A stretch of 64,000 bases of DNA from an uncultured bacterium. GTDB lineage: Bacteria > Actinomycetota > Acidimicrobiia > Spongiisociales > UBA5794. The translations under genes were made by a program, and so were the position numbers. The notes under the pieces were generated by a model. The model saw only the letters and a program-made list of their open reading frames with translations. It was not told the DNA's origin and searched no databases. Positions 9,341-19,045 of the stretch are shown here, piece after piece. Where the stretch lies: assembly GCA_963801165.1 (NCBI GenBank), contig CAWDDT010000011.1, forward strand, positions 32,001 to 96,000, given 5' to 3'. Every line of letters starts with the position of its first letter. Position 1 is the first letter of the stretch.

Positions 9341-10996
9341 CTATGCCGAGATCCTGACACCGATCACACGGAAACGTCCGGCGATGAAGGCCGGATCCGT
9401 GAGCGACGCGTTGCCAGCGGGGTTGGCACCGGTGACGTGGAAGTCGCTGAACGCTGCAGACAGGTTGACGTAGAGCCCGCCCGTGAGGTTGAACGCAACC
9501 GACACTCCGGCCTCCGTGGCGGCATCGACCGCACGCTCGATCACCTCTTCGTCGGTGCTATAGACGAGCCAGGTGATAGCCCCGTTGCTGAGGGCCGAGT
9601 CCGTGGCCAGCGCCAGGCTCTCCGCGGTGTCCGCGGTGGCGATGACGTAGATCACCGGACCAAACATTTCCCGCATGTAAACGTCCCGATCGGCCGCTTC
9701 AACGGCCACGATCACCGGTGTGCGAACATCCGCGTCCGGGAATGTTGGGTGCCCGATCTTGCGCGACTCGAGCACCACTGTGCCGGCGGAGGCAGCGGCG
9801 CTGATCCTTTCCACCGTTGCCGGGCTCTTGATCGATCCGAGGATGTCGCCGGCGCGTTGATCGTCCGCCAGCAAACCCTCGATGGCGCCGGCGAGACCGG
9901 CGGCAATCGTGTCAAACGGCACGCGCTCCCCACCGACCTCGATCCCGTCGCGGGGTATGTACACGTTCTGCGGCGTCGTGCACATCTGACCCGAGTACAT
10001 GCTCAGTGACACAGACAGATTGCGGTACACGCCCTTCAGATCATCGGCTGAATCGATGATGACGGAGTTGACCCCTGCCTTCTCGGTAAACACCAGAGCA
10101 TGTGTGGCGTTGCGCTCGAGCCATTCGCCAAAGACGGAACCGCCGGTGTAGTCGACGATGGCCACCGCCGGGTCCATGACCAGATCCTTCGTGATCGGGG
10201 CGGAGAGAGTGTCAACGGCGAGCAGCACGGTGTTCGGGTCGAACCCGGCCTCGGCCAGCACGCCGCGCGCCGTCTCGACGAAGATCGCCAGGGGCAAGAT
10301 CGTTGCCGGGTGTGGCTTGACGATCACAGGGTTGCCGGTCGCAAGGCTGGCGAAGATCCCGGGGTAGCCGTTCCAGGTGGGGAAGGTCGAGACTCCGACA
10401 GTCACCGCCACGCCGCGAGGTCGGATCCGCCATTGCTTGTCGATCAGGAGAGGATCCCGCTTCCCCTGCGGCTTCTCCCAACGAATCTGCTTGCTAGGGA
10501 GCTTGTGCATCTCCGCGTAGGCGTACGCCACGGCCTCCAGGCCACGGTCGAGCGCGTGGGGACCACCCGCCTGGAAAGCCATGAGGAACGCCTGCCCGGT
10601 GGTGTGCATGACGGCATATGCCATCTCGAACACGTTCTCTTTGAGCCTGTCGAGGATCTCGAGACATACGCCTACTCGATCCTCAACGGTTGCCTTGCCC
10701 CAGGTCTTCATCGCCGTGGCGGCGGCCGCCGTCAAAGTGCCAACGTCGGCTACCGGGTAGGACACGCCAAGGTCGATCCCGTACGGGGACGATTCGCCTC
10801 CCGCTGAGTAGCCACCTACAGGTTGGTCAATCTCAAAGGTCCTACCGAGACGTTCCTGGAAAGCCTGCTCCCCAGCGTGTTGCGCCTCTTCTCCGTATGC
10901 GGTGGGACTCTCGGGAAACGGGCTCCAGTACTCGCGGCTGGCGATCACCGCCAGCGCCTGCTTCAACGTTCCTTCGTGTTTGGCGAACATCTCCAT
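9341..10996 (-). CDS. paaN: Phenylacetate degradation aldehyde dehydrogenase PaaN
   Basis: HTTGQAFLMAFQAGGPHALDRGLEAVAY, WEKPQGK, TFPTWNGYPG, YSGQMCTTPQN, AFSDFHVTGANPAGNAS. Confidence 0.92.
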   Translation of the reverse strand: MEMFAKHEGTLKQALAVIASREYWSPFPESPTAYGEEAQHAGEQAFQERLGRTFEIDQPVGGYSAGGESSPYGIDLGVSYPVADVGTLTAAAATAMKTWGKATVEDRVGVCLEILDRLKENVFEMAYAVMHTTGQAFLMAFQAGGPHALDRGLEAVAYAYAEMHKLPSKQIRWEKPQGKRDPLLIDKQWRIRPRGVAVTVGVSTFPTWNGYPGIFASLATGNPVIVKPHPATILPLAIFVETARGVLAEAGFDPNTVLLAVDTLSAPITKDLVMDPAVAIVDYTGGSVFGEWLERNATHALVFTEKAGVNSVIIDSADDLKGVYRNLSVSLSMYSGQMCTTPQNVYIPRDGIEVGGERVPFDTIAAGLAGAIEGLLADDQRAGDILGSIKSPATVERISAAASAGTVVLESRKIGHPTFPDADVRTPVIVAVEAADRDVYMREMFGPVIYVIATADTAESLALATDSALSNGAITWLVYSTDEEVIERAVDAATEAGVSVAFNLTGGLYVNLSAAFSDFHVTGANPAGNASLTDPAFIAGRFRVIGVRISA

Positions 10997-11006
10997 CTCA
11001 ATCCCC

Positions 11007-12209
11007 TCAGACCCGTTCCAGGAGCATGCTGATTCCCTGGCCTACCCCGATGCACATCGTGGTCAGAGCGTATCGCTCCCCGGTTCGTACCAGCCGGCGT
11101 GTCGCCGTGGCGACCAGCCGGGCTCCTGTCATGCCGAGGGGGTGGCCGATGGCGATTGCTCCCCCGTTGGCGTTGACATGTTCGGCGTCGTCCGGCAAGC
11201 CCAGCCGGCGAAGACATGCCAGCGACTGCGAGGCGAATGCCTCGTTCAACTCGATCACCCCGATGTCACCGAGATCGACTCCGAGCCTGCCCAGAAGCTT
11301 CTCGGTGGCGGGCACCGGACCGATTCCCATGATGCGGGGCGGGACCCCTGCTGTGGCCATCCCGACTATCCGGGCTTGTGGTGTCAGACCGTAGCGGTGC
11401 GCCGCCCGCTCCGAGGCGACCAGCACGGTGGCCGCACCGTCGTTGATCCCGGAGGCATTGCCTGGGGTGACGGTGCCGTCCGGAAACAGCGGCCGAAGCT
11501 TGGCCAGTTTCTCAACGGTCGCGTCCGGGCGCGCCTGCTCGTCGACGGACACATCGACCGGCTCGCCGCGCCGCTGGGCAACCGGCACGGGCACGATCTC
11601 GTCGGCAAGCTGGCCCGACGCGACGGCAGCGGCGGTACGCTGCTGGCTGCGCGCCGCAAACGCATCCTGGTCCTCACGCGAGATGCCGAACTCGCGGGCA
11701 ACGTTCTCGGCGGTTCCCGTCATCTCGTCCTTGCCGAACCGCTCCTCGAGTCGGGGATTGGTGAACCGCCAACCGATCGTCGTGTCGTACATCTCGGCCG
11801 TCCTGCTGAAGGGTGTTTCGGCTTTTGCGATGACCTTCGGAGCCCGACTCATCGACTCGACACCGCCTGCGAGGATCAGATCGGCTTCCCCGCTCTTGAT
11901 CGCCCGGGCGGCATACCCCACGGCCTCCATCCCCGACCCGCACAGGCGGTTGATGGTCGTCCCGGATATCGCCACGTCCAGCCCGGCCAGTAACACGGCC
12001 ATACGCCCGACGTTGCGATTGTCCTCCCCGGCCTGGTTGGCCGCACCAAGCACGACGTCGTCGGTTGCGGCCCAATCCACACCACCATTTCTCTCGATCA
12101 CCGTTCTCATGGTCAGCGCGACGAGGTCGTCGGGGCGCACCGTCGCCAGCGCCCCACCGAAGCGCCCCACCGGTGTTCGTATGGAATCGCAGACGAAGGC
12201 TTCAGCCAT
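11007..12209 (-). CDS. paaJ: 3-oxoadipyl-CoA thiolase (PaaJ/PcaF)
   Basis: ANQAGEDNRNV, NRLCGSG, YDTTIGWRF, NEAFA, GHPLG, MCIGVGQG; within the paa operon. Confidence 0.9.
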   Translation of the reverse strand: MAEAFVCDSIRTPVGRFGGALATVRPDDLVALTMRTVIERNGGVDWAATDDVVLGAANQAGEDNRNVGRMAVLLAGLDVAISGTTINRLCGSGMEAVGYAARAIKSGEADLILAGGVESMSRAPKVIAKAETPFSRTAEMYDTTIGWRFTNPRLEERFGKDEMTGTAENVAREFGISREDQDAFAARSQQRTAAAVASGQLADEIVPVPVAQRRGEPVDVSVDEQARPDATVEKLAKLRPLFPDGTVTPGNASGINDGAATVLVASERAAHRYGLTPQARIVGMATAGVPPRIMGIGPVPATEKLLGRLGVDLGDIGVIELNEAFASQSLACLRRLGLPDDAEHVNANGGAIAIGHPLGMTGARLVATATRRLVRTGERYALTTMCIGVGQGISMLLERV

Positions 12210-13752
12210 TACCGCTCTGGTCCCGCAGCGGGAGCCCGGTCACCGCCCGGCGGTCGAGCCAGGGCGGCACGCGGTAGCGGTCTTCACCAAAACCCGCGTG
12301 CAGGTTCTGCAAAGCCGTCACCACACGCACCACCCCGATGCGGTCCGCCCATTCGAGCGGACCTGACGGATAGCTGGTGCCCAGCCTCATCGCGGTGTCG
12401 ACATCCTCAGCGGTGGCAATGCCCGCGGCAACCGTGTCCGACGCCATGGCGGCAAGCTGGGCGACTGTGCGCATGACCACCAGCCCGTGGCTGTCATCGA
12501 GCAGGCTGACCGCACATCCGATCGCCTGAAACAGCCCCGCGGCCCGCTCCGCCTTCCCGGGGGCAGCCTGATCGGCGACGGCGATCCCGATGTGACTCAC
12601 ATGGTCCCAATCGTGAACCAGGTCAAAGACAACGACGTCGTCCGTTCCGAACACGCCGGCGGCGGCGAGCTCGGTGGCGGTGCGCCCGTCGGTGGGCACC
12701 AGCCGTACACCGTCGAAGATGAGGTGCCCCGGTCCGCCGGCGGCAACACCGTCGACCTCGATGCCAGCATCGAGGAGCCGGTTGACGAGCCCGGCCGCCC
12801 AGCCGAGATCGCCGTGAGCCTCGACATTGACCGGGGCCGGTTGCGGATTCACCGTCACCGCAACAGCTTTGGGGGCATCCTCGCCGTATACGTAGAAACC
12901 CGACCCCGACTTGCGTCCCAGCCTGCCTGCGTCGACCAGGCTCTGCTGGAGCACGTGCGGGGCGAATCTCGCGTCATTGAATGACTGGGCGAACACGGAC
13001 TTGGAGACGGCCAGGTTGACGTCGAGGCCGATGAGGTCCATCAGCGTGAACGGGCCCATCCGGAAGCCGCCCGATCCGGTCATCACCGCATCGATCGTGG
13101 CATAGTCCGCGGCGCCCTCGGCAGCGAGTCGCAAGGCCTCACCGTAGAACGGCCGGGCCACCCGGTTGACGATGGACCCCGGAGCGGACACACAATGGAC
13201 GGGAACCTTCCCCCACCCGGCGACGGTGTCGGAGGCAAACCGGGCGGCTTCCTCTGCCGTCTCGGTCCCCGAGATGATCTCGACAAGCGGCATGACCGGG
13301 GCCGGGTTGAAGAAATGCATCCCGACGAACCGTTGCGGCCTCACCAGCGCGGCCCCGATCGCCGTTACCGAAAGAGACGACGTGTTGGTGCATATGACCG
13401 CATCGTCGGCAGCCAGCTTCTCCATCTCGGCGAGAACCGTGCGTTTGACCGCGAGATCCTCGGCAACAGCCTCGATGACGAGCGCGGCAGGGGCGCACTG
13501 GGCAAGCCATCCACATCCGTTGATATTGGCCATGATCTGGTCGACCTCGGTGGCAGTACGGCGACCCCGTTCGACCGAGCCATCCAGCCGTGCTCGCAGA
13601 TCGCCGAGTGCCCGGTCGACGGCTCCGTCGGCAGAGTCAAACAGGTACACCTCGTGGCCGGCTGCTGCGGCGAGTTGTGCAATACCCGTTCCCATGGTCC
13701 CCGCCCCGACCACAGCTACGGACGCTTCTGCTGGGATTCCGTTCGTCATCAT
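12202..13752 (-). CDS. paaH: 3-hydroxyadipyl-CoA dehydrogenase PaaH
   Basis: GAGTMG Rossmann motif, TNTSS, GMHFFNPAP, GFRMGPF, duplicated 3HCDH C-terminal domain. Confidence 0.9.
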   Translation of the reverse strand: MMTNGIPAEASVAVVGAGTMGTGIAQLAAAAGHEVYLFDSADGAVDRALGDLRARLDGSVERGRRTATEVDQIMANINGCGWLAQCAPAALVIEAVAEDLAVKRTVLAEMEKLAADDAVICTNTSSLSVTAIGAALVRPQRFVGMHFFNPAPVMPLVEIISGTETAEEAARFASDTVAGWGKVPVHCVSAPGSIVNRVARPFYGEALRLAAEGAADYATIDAVMTGSGGFRMGPFTLMDLIGLDVNLAVSKSVFAQSFNDARFAPHVLQQSLVDAGRLGRKSGSGFYVYGEDAPKAVAVTVNPQPAPVNVEAHGDLGWAAGLVNRLLDAGIEVDGVAAGGPGHLIFDGVRLVPTDGRTATELAAAGVFGTDDVVVFDLVHDWDHVSHIGIAVADQAAPGKAERAAGLFQAIGCAVSLLDDSHGLVVMRTVAQLAAMASDTVAAGIATAEDVDTAMRLGTSYPSGPLEWADRIGVVRVVTALQNLHAGFGEDRYRVPPWLDRRAVTGLPLRDQSGNG

Positions 13753-14537
13753 CGTCCTTTGTACTCTGGGGATCGCTTGGCAAGGAAAGCCGCGACCCCC
13801 TCCGCGTAATCGTCTGAAAGACCGCCGGCTCGCTGCAGATCGCGTTCGAGATCGAGCTGCGCGTCGAGATCGTTGTCACCCGAGGCGTTCATCGCTTGCT
13901 TGATCCTGGCAAAACCCGACGTCGGACCTGCGGCAAGACCGCGGGCGACCGAGGTGGTGACAGTGACCAACTCGTCGTCGTCGACGGCCTCCCAGATCAG
14001 ACCCCACCGGGCCGCGTCCTCGGCCGGAAGGGGCTCACCGAGCAGTGCCAGCCCAAACGCCCGTGCGGTCCCTACCAGCCGCGGCAGGAAGTAGGTTCCT
14101 CCGGAGTCGGGGATGAGCCCGATCCTGGCGAACGACTGGATGAACCGTGCCGAACGAGCCGCATAAACAAGATCCCCTGCTAGCGCCAGGTTGGCTCCCG
14201 CCCCGGCTGCCACTCCATTGACCGCCACCACGACCGGCTTGGGCATCGCCCGCATCGCCCGCACCACCGGGTTGTAGCGGTTTTCGAGCGACTCACCGAG
14301 ATCGGGCCGATCGGCGCCGGGGGCAACCGAGCGGTCGTTGAGATCCTGCCCGGCGCAGAATCCACGGCCTGCGCCGGTGAGCAAGACAGCGCGCACCTGA
14401 TCGTCGCTTGCCGCGGCGGCCAGTATCTCGTTCAGACTCTCCAGCATCGGCGTGGTGAGGGCGTTGAGCCGATCAGGCCGGTTCAGCGTGATGCTGAGCA
14501 ATCCGCCGTCACAGTCGGTCAGGATGGAATCAGCCAT
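13749..14537 (-). CDS. paaG: 2-(1,2-epoxy-1,2-dihydrophenyl)acetyl-CoA isomerase PaaG
   Basis: Crotonase fold GRGFCAGQDL, NGVAAGAGANLALAGD, GLIPDSGG; paa context. Confidence 0.9.
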   Translation of the reverse strand: MADSILTDCDGGLLSITLNRPDRLNALTTPMLESLNEILAAAASDDQVRAVLLTGAGRGFCAGQDLNDRSVAPGADRPDLGESLENRYNPVVRAMRAMPKPVVVAVNGVAAGAGANLALAGDLVYAARSARFIQSFARIGLIPDSGGTYFLPRLVGTARAFGLALLGEPLPAEDAARWGLIWEAVDDDELVTVTTSVARGLAAGPTSGFARIKQAMNASGDNDLDAQLDLERDLQRAGGLSDDYAEGVAAFLAKRSPEYKGR

Positions 14538-15159
14538 TCACCCGCTCCGCGAGGATCCCGTGCGACACGAACGCCCACATCTCGGAAGCGATGGCACCTG
14601 CGGTGCGCTCCCCCGTAGGACGGTACCAACGGATCAGCGCATTCAGCACCGAGAGGATGAAGATGGCGGTCATCCCTGGATTGAGATCCGATGCCAGCGA
14701 TCCTTCGTCGATTCCTGCCCGTATCGTCTCCCGATAGGCCTGCTCATATTCGTCACGCATGGCGACGATCTGCCGCCGATCTGTCTCTGGCAGGAACCTC
14801 GACTCGAACAGGAAGGTCCTCGCCTCGTCGATGTTCCCAACTACAACATTCACGTGGCCGTGGACCATCTGCCGCAGCCGCTCGACCGCAGAATCGCGGC
14901 TGGCAGCGGCCTCGGCGGTGACGGAGTCGAACAGCGCCGCCCCTCGCCCGACGATCTCGATAAGGAGCTCATTCTTGCCGCTGACGTGGGAGTAGATGGA
15001 GGATCCGAGCATGCCAAGCTCCTCTCCGAGGTCGCGCATCGAGGTGCCGTGATAGCCGCGCCGGGCGAAAAGACGGCTGGCGGCGCGCACCACGTCCTCA
15101 CGGCTGCGGTTGCCACCTTCGCCGGCAGCCGGGGGCGCGGCGGTACCGATCGATTCCAA
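14530..15159 (-). CDS. TetR family regulator, PaaR-like
   Basis: TetR HTH (FARRGYHGTSMRDLG...SIYSH), C-terminal WYRPTG; first gene of the paa operon. Confidence 0.88.
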   Translation of the reverse strand: MESIGTAAPPAAGEGGNRSREDVVRAASRLFARRGYHGTSMRDLGEELGMLGSSIYSHVSGKNELLIEIVGRGAALFDSVTAEAAASRDSAVERLRQMVHGHVNVVVGNIDEARTFLFESRFLPETDRRQIVAMRDEYEQAYRETIRAGIDEGSLASDLNPGMTAIFILSVLNALIRWYRPTGERTAGAIASEMWAFVSHGILAERVNG

Positions 15160-15181
15160 GATCCTCCTCCGAACGAACCAG

Positions 15182-15203
15182 CGAACGAACGATCGTTTGT
15201 TCG
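15182..15203. promoter_or_regulatory. Probable PaaR operator
   Basis: Near-perfect palindrome cgaacgaacgatcgtttgttcg just upstream of the TetR gene; core CGAACGATCGTTTG fits the CNAACGNNCGTTNG consensus recalled for Thermus PaaR. Confidence 0.72.
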
Positions 15204-15245
15204 GTGCGCCCGAGCGTATCCAGGGGACAGTTCGGTGTCAACGGA

Positions 15246-15971
15246 TTATGCATCCGGCGACTGCTCCTCGCCCGGGTGAGCAACCACGTGCGGGAACTCG
15301 GAGGTCACGATGTAGGTGGTGTGGTCGCCCACGTTGACACCGTGGTCGGCGATTCGCTCGAGAAACCGTCCCATCCGGGTGAGCGCGATGCCGGCCTCCA
15401 GCCCGATGACCTCGCTCTCCAGGCCTATTTGTCGATAGAACTCGGCGACGATGCTATCGACCATGTCGTCCTCGTGATCGAGCTGCTCCCCGCCAACTGC
15501 GTCCATCGCACCAAAAACCTCCATGGACCGGGCGAACAGGGAGGTGCTCTCGTATACCAACCTCTCCAGCAGACCCCTCAGTTGCGGGGAATCCGGGAAA
15601 GCGTGGATTCTGTCGAGGGCGTATGCCAGGTTGACAACGAGATCACCCGACCGCTCCAGTTCGTAGAGAATCCGCGTAGCTGAGACCAGGAACCTCAGGT
15701 CGCCGGCGACGGGCTGTTGCCGGGCCATCGTCTCGAATGTCAGCCTCTCCAGTGACGCGCAACGCCCGTCGATCTCGTCGTCGGCGCCGATGACAACCGG
15801 TACCAGGTCGAGACGATTCTCGGTGATGGCCAATCCGGCACGCCGGGCGTTCTCAACAATCAACGCCCCGGTCTCGACGATACCGGACCGGATCTCGGCG
15901 AGCACGTCGACGAAATGATGCCTGGTCTCTTCGTGGTGTCCAGTGGCTGCGCTGTGCGCCTGTGACTCCAT
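15246..15971 (-). CDS. phoU: Phosphate signalling protein PhoU
   Basis: ARQQPVAGDLR, ELERSGDL, RFLERIADHGVN; divergent from senX3. Confidence 0.93.
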   Translation of the reverse strand: MESQAHSAATGHHEETRHHFVDVLAEIRSGIVETGALIVENARRAGLAITENRLDLVPVVIGADDEIDGRCASLERLTFETMARQQPVAGDLRFLVSATRILYELERSGDLVVNLAYALDRIHAFPDSPQLRGLLERLVYESTSLFARSMEVFGAMDAVGGEQLDHEDDMVDSIVAEFYRQIGLESEVIGLEAGIALTRMGRFLERIADHGVNVGDHTTYIVTSEFPHVVAHPGEEQSPDA

Positions 15972-16251
15972 GTGGCTCCCGATTCTCTGTGATCCAGCTT
16001 ACGACGTGGCACCAGCTCCTGTTGGCAATACCGCGGCCCTGGTGCGCTCCAACCCGTCGTTGCAACCAACTCACCATCCGGGCGGAGGAGCGCCGGCCGG
16101 GTCAAGGGAGGAGCCCCGACCCGGCCGGCTTGCGGTAAGACGGGGACGGCGAAAATCGACGTCCCGACAAAGCGCCAGGAACGGGCAGCTTCCGCAGCAA
16201 CAGCGTGCGGCCGAAGATATCCGGTGCACATTGCGCCAAAGCGACTCCTGG

Positions 16252-16268
16252 GTGAACTTGCTGTGAAT
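16252..16268. promoter_or_regulatory. PHO-box-like direct repeat (RegX3/PhoP site)
   Basis: GTGAAC (16252) and GTGAAT (16263) 11 bp apart, i.e. GTTCAC-type units on the minus strand, in the phoU/senX3 divergent region. Confidence 0.65.
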
Positions 16269-16329
16269 TGTCCGGCGTTGGCGGGTGCGGTGCGGCCTCC
16301 ACCTCCGCACCGCTCCTATAGTCGCGGAC

Positions 16330-17523
16330 ATGCAATTGGATCAGCTGTTCCTGGGGCTCATTGCTGCCGGTCTAGCCGTGGTCATCTGGCGCACCCGCCG
16401 ACGCCACCAGGCGTTCCGAGCCGAGCTCGGAAAGGCGCTCGATGCCGCCGACGATGCTGAGACGGCTCTGATCGGCAGCGCCAACGCCCTCGGTGCCGAT
16501 ATGCGCGGCGCACGAGAGAGCTCGACGCGTCTCGAGCGGGTCCTCGAAGCGTCGACGGTGGGCGTCGTGATCGTCGACGAGGACGGCAGGCAGGTGTTCA
16601 CAAACCCGGCGGCGGCGGGCTTCACTGCCGGGAGGGGTGGCGATGCCGTGGTAGGGATCCGGATCAAGGAGATGCTGGAGGCTGTCGCCGATAGCGGAGA
16701 GCCACAGGACCAGGAGATCGAGGTGTTCACACCGTCGGAGCGGACGATCATGCTGAAAGCGATGCCGCTCTTCGATGGTGATAGACGACGTGGCGTTGCC
16801 GTGTTCACCGACGATCTCACCCCGAGGTCCCGTATTGACGAGATCCGGCGCGACTTCGTGGCCAACGCCAGCCACGAGCTGAAGACACCACTCGGGGCGT
16901 TGCGGTTGCTTGCCGAGGCCCTGGCGACGACCCGCGATCCGGCGGTGCAAAGCTCGTTGAACGAACGGATCCAATCCGAGGCATCCCGGATGACCCGTCT
17001 TGTTGAGGACATTCTCGACCTCTCGCTCATCGAGGCGCATCAGACCGTGCGAGGGGTCGTCGATATCAGCGACGTAGTCGCCGCAGCCGTCGAGCAGGTG
17101 AGCCTCGCCTCCGAGGCTCTCGCCGTGCCTATCGAGGTGAAATGCGAGTCGGTAGAGGTTCTCGGCGATCGTCGCCGGCTCGTCTCGGCCGTAGCCAACC
17201 TCGTCGAGAACGCAGTCGCCTACACGAGCGCCAAGGGAATCGATGGCATCGAGCCGGTGGAGGTACGCGGGTTCCGCAGCGGTGACCACGCCCACATCGA
17301 GGTCGAGGATCGTGGCATCGGGATACCGCAGCGCCACCTGGGCAGGATCTTCGAGCGCTTCTACCGTGTCGACAAGGGCAGGAGTCGCGTCCGGGGCGGG
17401 ACCGGGCTCGGGCTCGCCATCGTCCGCCACGTCGTCCAGAATCACTGGGGCGAAGTCACCGTCGAGTCGGTTCCGGGGCAAGGCAGCATATTCCGCATCG
17501 TGCTCCCGGCTCGGGAGAGTTAG
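16330..17523 (+). CDS. senX3: Sensor histidine kinase SenX3/PhoR-like
   Basis: RRDFVANASHELKTP, NLVENA, RIFERFYRVDK, GGTGLGLAIV; TATAGT 7 nt before ATG 16330. Confidence 0.85.
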   Translation: MQLDQLFLGLIAAGLAVVIWRTRRRHQAFRAELGKALDAADDAETALIGSANALGADMRGARESSTRLERVLEASTVGVVIVDEDGRQVFTNPAAAGFTAGRGGDAVVGIRIKEMLEAVADSGEPQDQEIEVFTPSERTIMLKAMPLFDGDRRRGVAVFTDDLTPRSRIDEIRRDFVANASHELKTPLGALRLLAEALATTRDPAVQSSLNERIQSEASRMTRLVEDILDLSLIEAHQTVRGVVDISDVVAAAVEQVSLASEALAVPIEVKCESVEVLGDRRRLVSAVANLVENAVAYTSAKGIDGIEPVEVRGFRSGDHAHIEVEDRGIGIPQRHLGRIFERFYRVDKGRSRVRGGTGLGLAIVRHVVQNHWGEVTVESVPGQGSIFRIVLPARES

Positions 17524-17686
17524 TGCCCTGGCCGGTATCGTTGGCGATGTTCAGAGCGAGGCAGGAGCGTTGATGGCAAGGACGCAGGACGAAGGCACAT
17601 TGGGGAAATGTGTCGAGGACGAGGACGCAGCAAGCGGCGCTCCTGGCCGCTGTGAACGCGGCGAACGTCGCCGGTCGGGGTACTAG
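17521..17686. mobile_element. MITE-like palindromic insertion between senX3 and regX3
   Basis: Begins with TAG (senX3 stop) and ends with TAG directly before the regX3 GTG; imperfect 15-bp terminal inverted repeats TAGTGCCCTGGCCGG / CCGGTCGGGGTACTA; nested internal complementarity. Confidence 0.55.
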
Positions 17687-18352
17687 GTGCTCAACGTTTT
17701 GATTGTCGAAGACGAGGTCAGCTATCTCGAGGCGCTCAAGATCACGCTGGAGCCCGAGGGTTTCTCGATTGCCACAGCAACAGACGGACGGACCGGCATC
17801 GGGTCGTTCGAGACCAACCATCCCGACATCGTGCTCCTCGATCTAATGCTTCCGGATCTCAGCGGCCTCGACGTGCTGCGCCGGATACGCCAGAAATCGG
17901 ACGTTCCTGTGATCGTGGTTTCTGCCAAAAGCGCAGAGGCCGACATCGTCACCGCACTCGAGCTCGGTGCCGACGACTACTTGACCAAGCCGTACTCCAC
18001 CCGCGAGCTGATAGCGCGGATCCGTGCCAACACCCGCCGTATCCCGGACCCAGAGCGCGATGTGCTCACCGCGGGAAACGCGGTGCTCGACCCGGGTCGG
18101 TACGAGATCCGAGTCGGCGATACGACTTTCGCCCTTGCCCGCAAGGAGTTCGAGCTCGCCGAGCTGCTGATGGAGCGGCAGGGCCGGATCGTCACCAGGG
18201 AGACCCTGCTCGAGCAGATCTGGGGTATCGACTGGGGCGACTCGAAGAGCCTCGATCAACACATCAGACGGCTGCGCCGCAAGCTGGAGCAGGTCGACGC
18301 CGCTCCCCGGATCACAACCGTGCGCGGGGTCGGCTACCGTCTCGAGCCATGA
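17687..18352 (+). CDS. regX3: OmpR-family response regulator RegX3-like
   Basis: REC domain (VEDE, LLDLMLP, GADDYLTKP) plus winged helix (TTVRGVGYR); downstream of senX3. Confidence 0.85.
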   Translation: MLNVLIVEDEVSYLEALKITLEPEGFSIATATDGRTGIGSFETNHPDIVLLDLMLPDLSGLDVLRRIRQKSDVPVIVVSAKSAEADIVTALELGADDYLTKPYSTRELIARIRANTRRIPDPERDVLTAGNAVLDPGRYEIRVGDTTFALARKEFELAELLMERQGRIVTRETLLEQIWGIDWGDSKSLDQHIRRLRRKLEQVDAAPRITTVRGVGYRLEP

Positions 18353-18936
18353 CCCGTGACGAGCTCGCAGATCTAGCGGTCGACCCGGGACCGCACCTGG
18401 CCAGTACGGACCCACTCATTCGCAGAATTGCGGTCGGAGCGACCCGGAATCACCCCGACCTCCACCCGCGGCTGGTCGAGCTTCTGTCCACCGATTCCGA
18501 GGCTGCGGTACGCAGGGGGTGCGCCGAGATACTCGGCCGAAGCGACCTGAAACCGGTTGCCGCCCTCGAGGAGGCCTGCTCCGACCCTTCCCCCGAGGTC
18601 CGCGAGGCGGCGGTGAATGCTCTAGGAGAGATCGCGTCCACGGGATCGGTCGAGCTGCTGCTCGCCAGGGCGGCCGACGTGGCGGAGGACAAGCTGGTGC
18701 GCGAGTCTGCGGTAGCGGCACTCGGCGCCATCGGTGACCAGCGGGCTCTTTCGACCCTTCTCGATCTCATAGTGACAGGCCCGCCCCAGGTCCGGCGTCG
18801 TTGTGTGCCTGCCCTCACCGTCTTCGACGGCGAGGAGGTGGAAACGGCGCTGCGGCAAGCCGCCCGCGACCGCAACCCGATGGTGAGAGAAGCCGCCGAA
18901 ATGGTCGTAGGACGCCGCGCTGGTCCGGCCTCGTAG
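18349..18936 (+). CDS. HEAT repeat protein
   Basis: Repeated VR.AA..ALG.I motifs; coupled to regX3 by ATGA overlap. Confidence 0.85.
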   Translation: MTRDELADLAVDPGPHLASTDPLIRRIAVGATRNHPDLHPRLVELLSTDSEAAVRRGCAEILGRSDLKPVAALEEACSDPSPEVREAAVNALGEIASTGSVELLLARAADVAEDKLVRESAVAALGAIGDQRALSTLLDLIVTGPPQVRRRCVPALTVFDGEEVETALRQAARDRNPMVREAAEMVVGRRAGPAS

Positions 18937-18989
18937 TATCGAGCCAGGGAACAGCAACACCACGGCGACCGCCGCCCGTCCTTCCCCCC

Positions 18990-19034
18990 TCGGACGGCCC
19001 GGAGGGCCGTCCGATCCCCCCGAGATGGGGGGAT
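18990..19034. terminator. Double hairpin between convergent genes
   Basis: tcggacggccc-gga-gggccgtccga and atcccccc-gagat-ggggggat. Confidence 0.6.
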
Positions 19035-19045
19035 TGCTGGATTTC

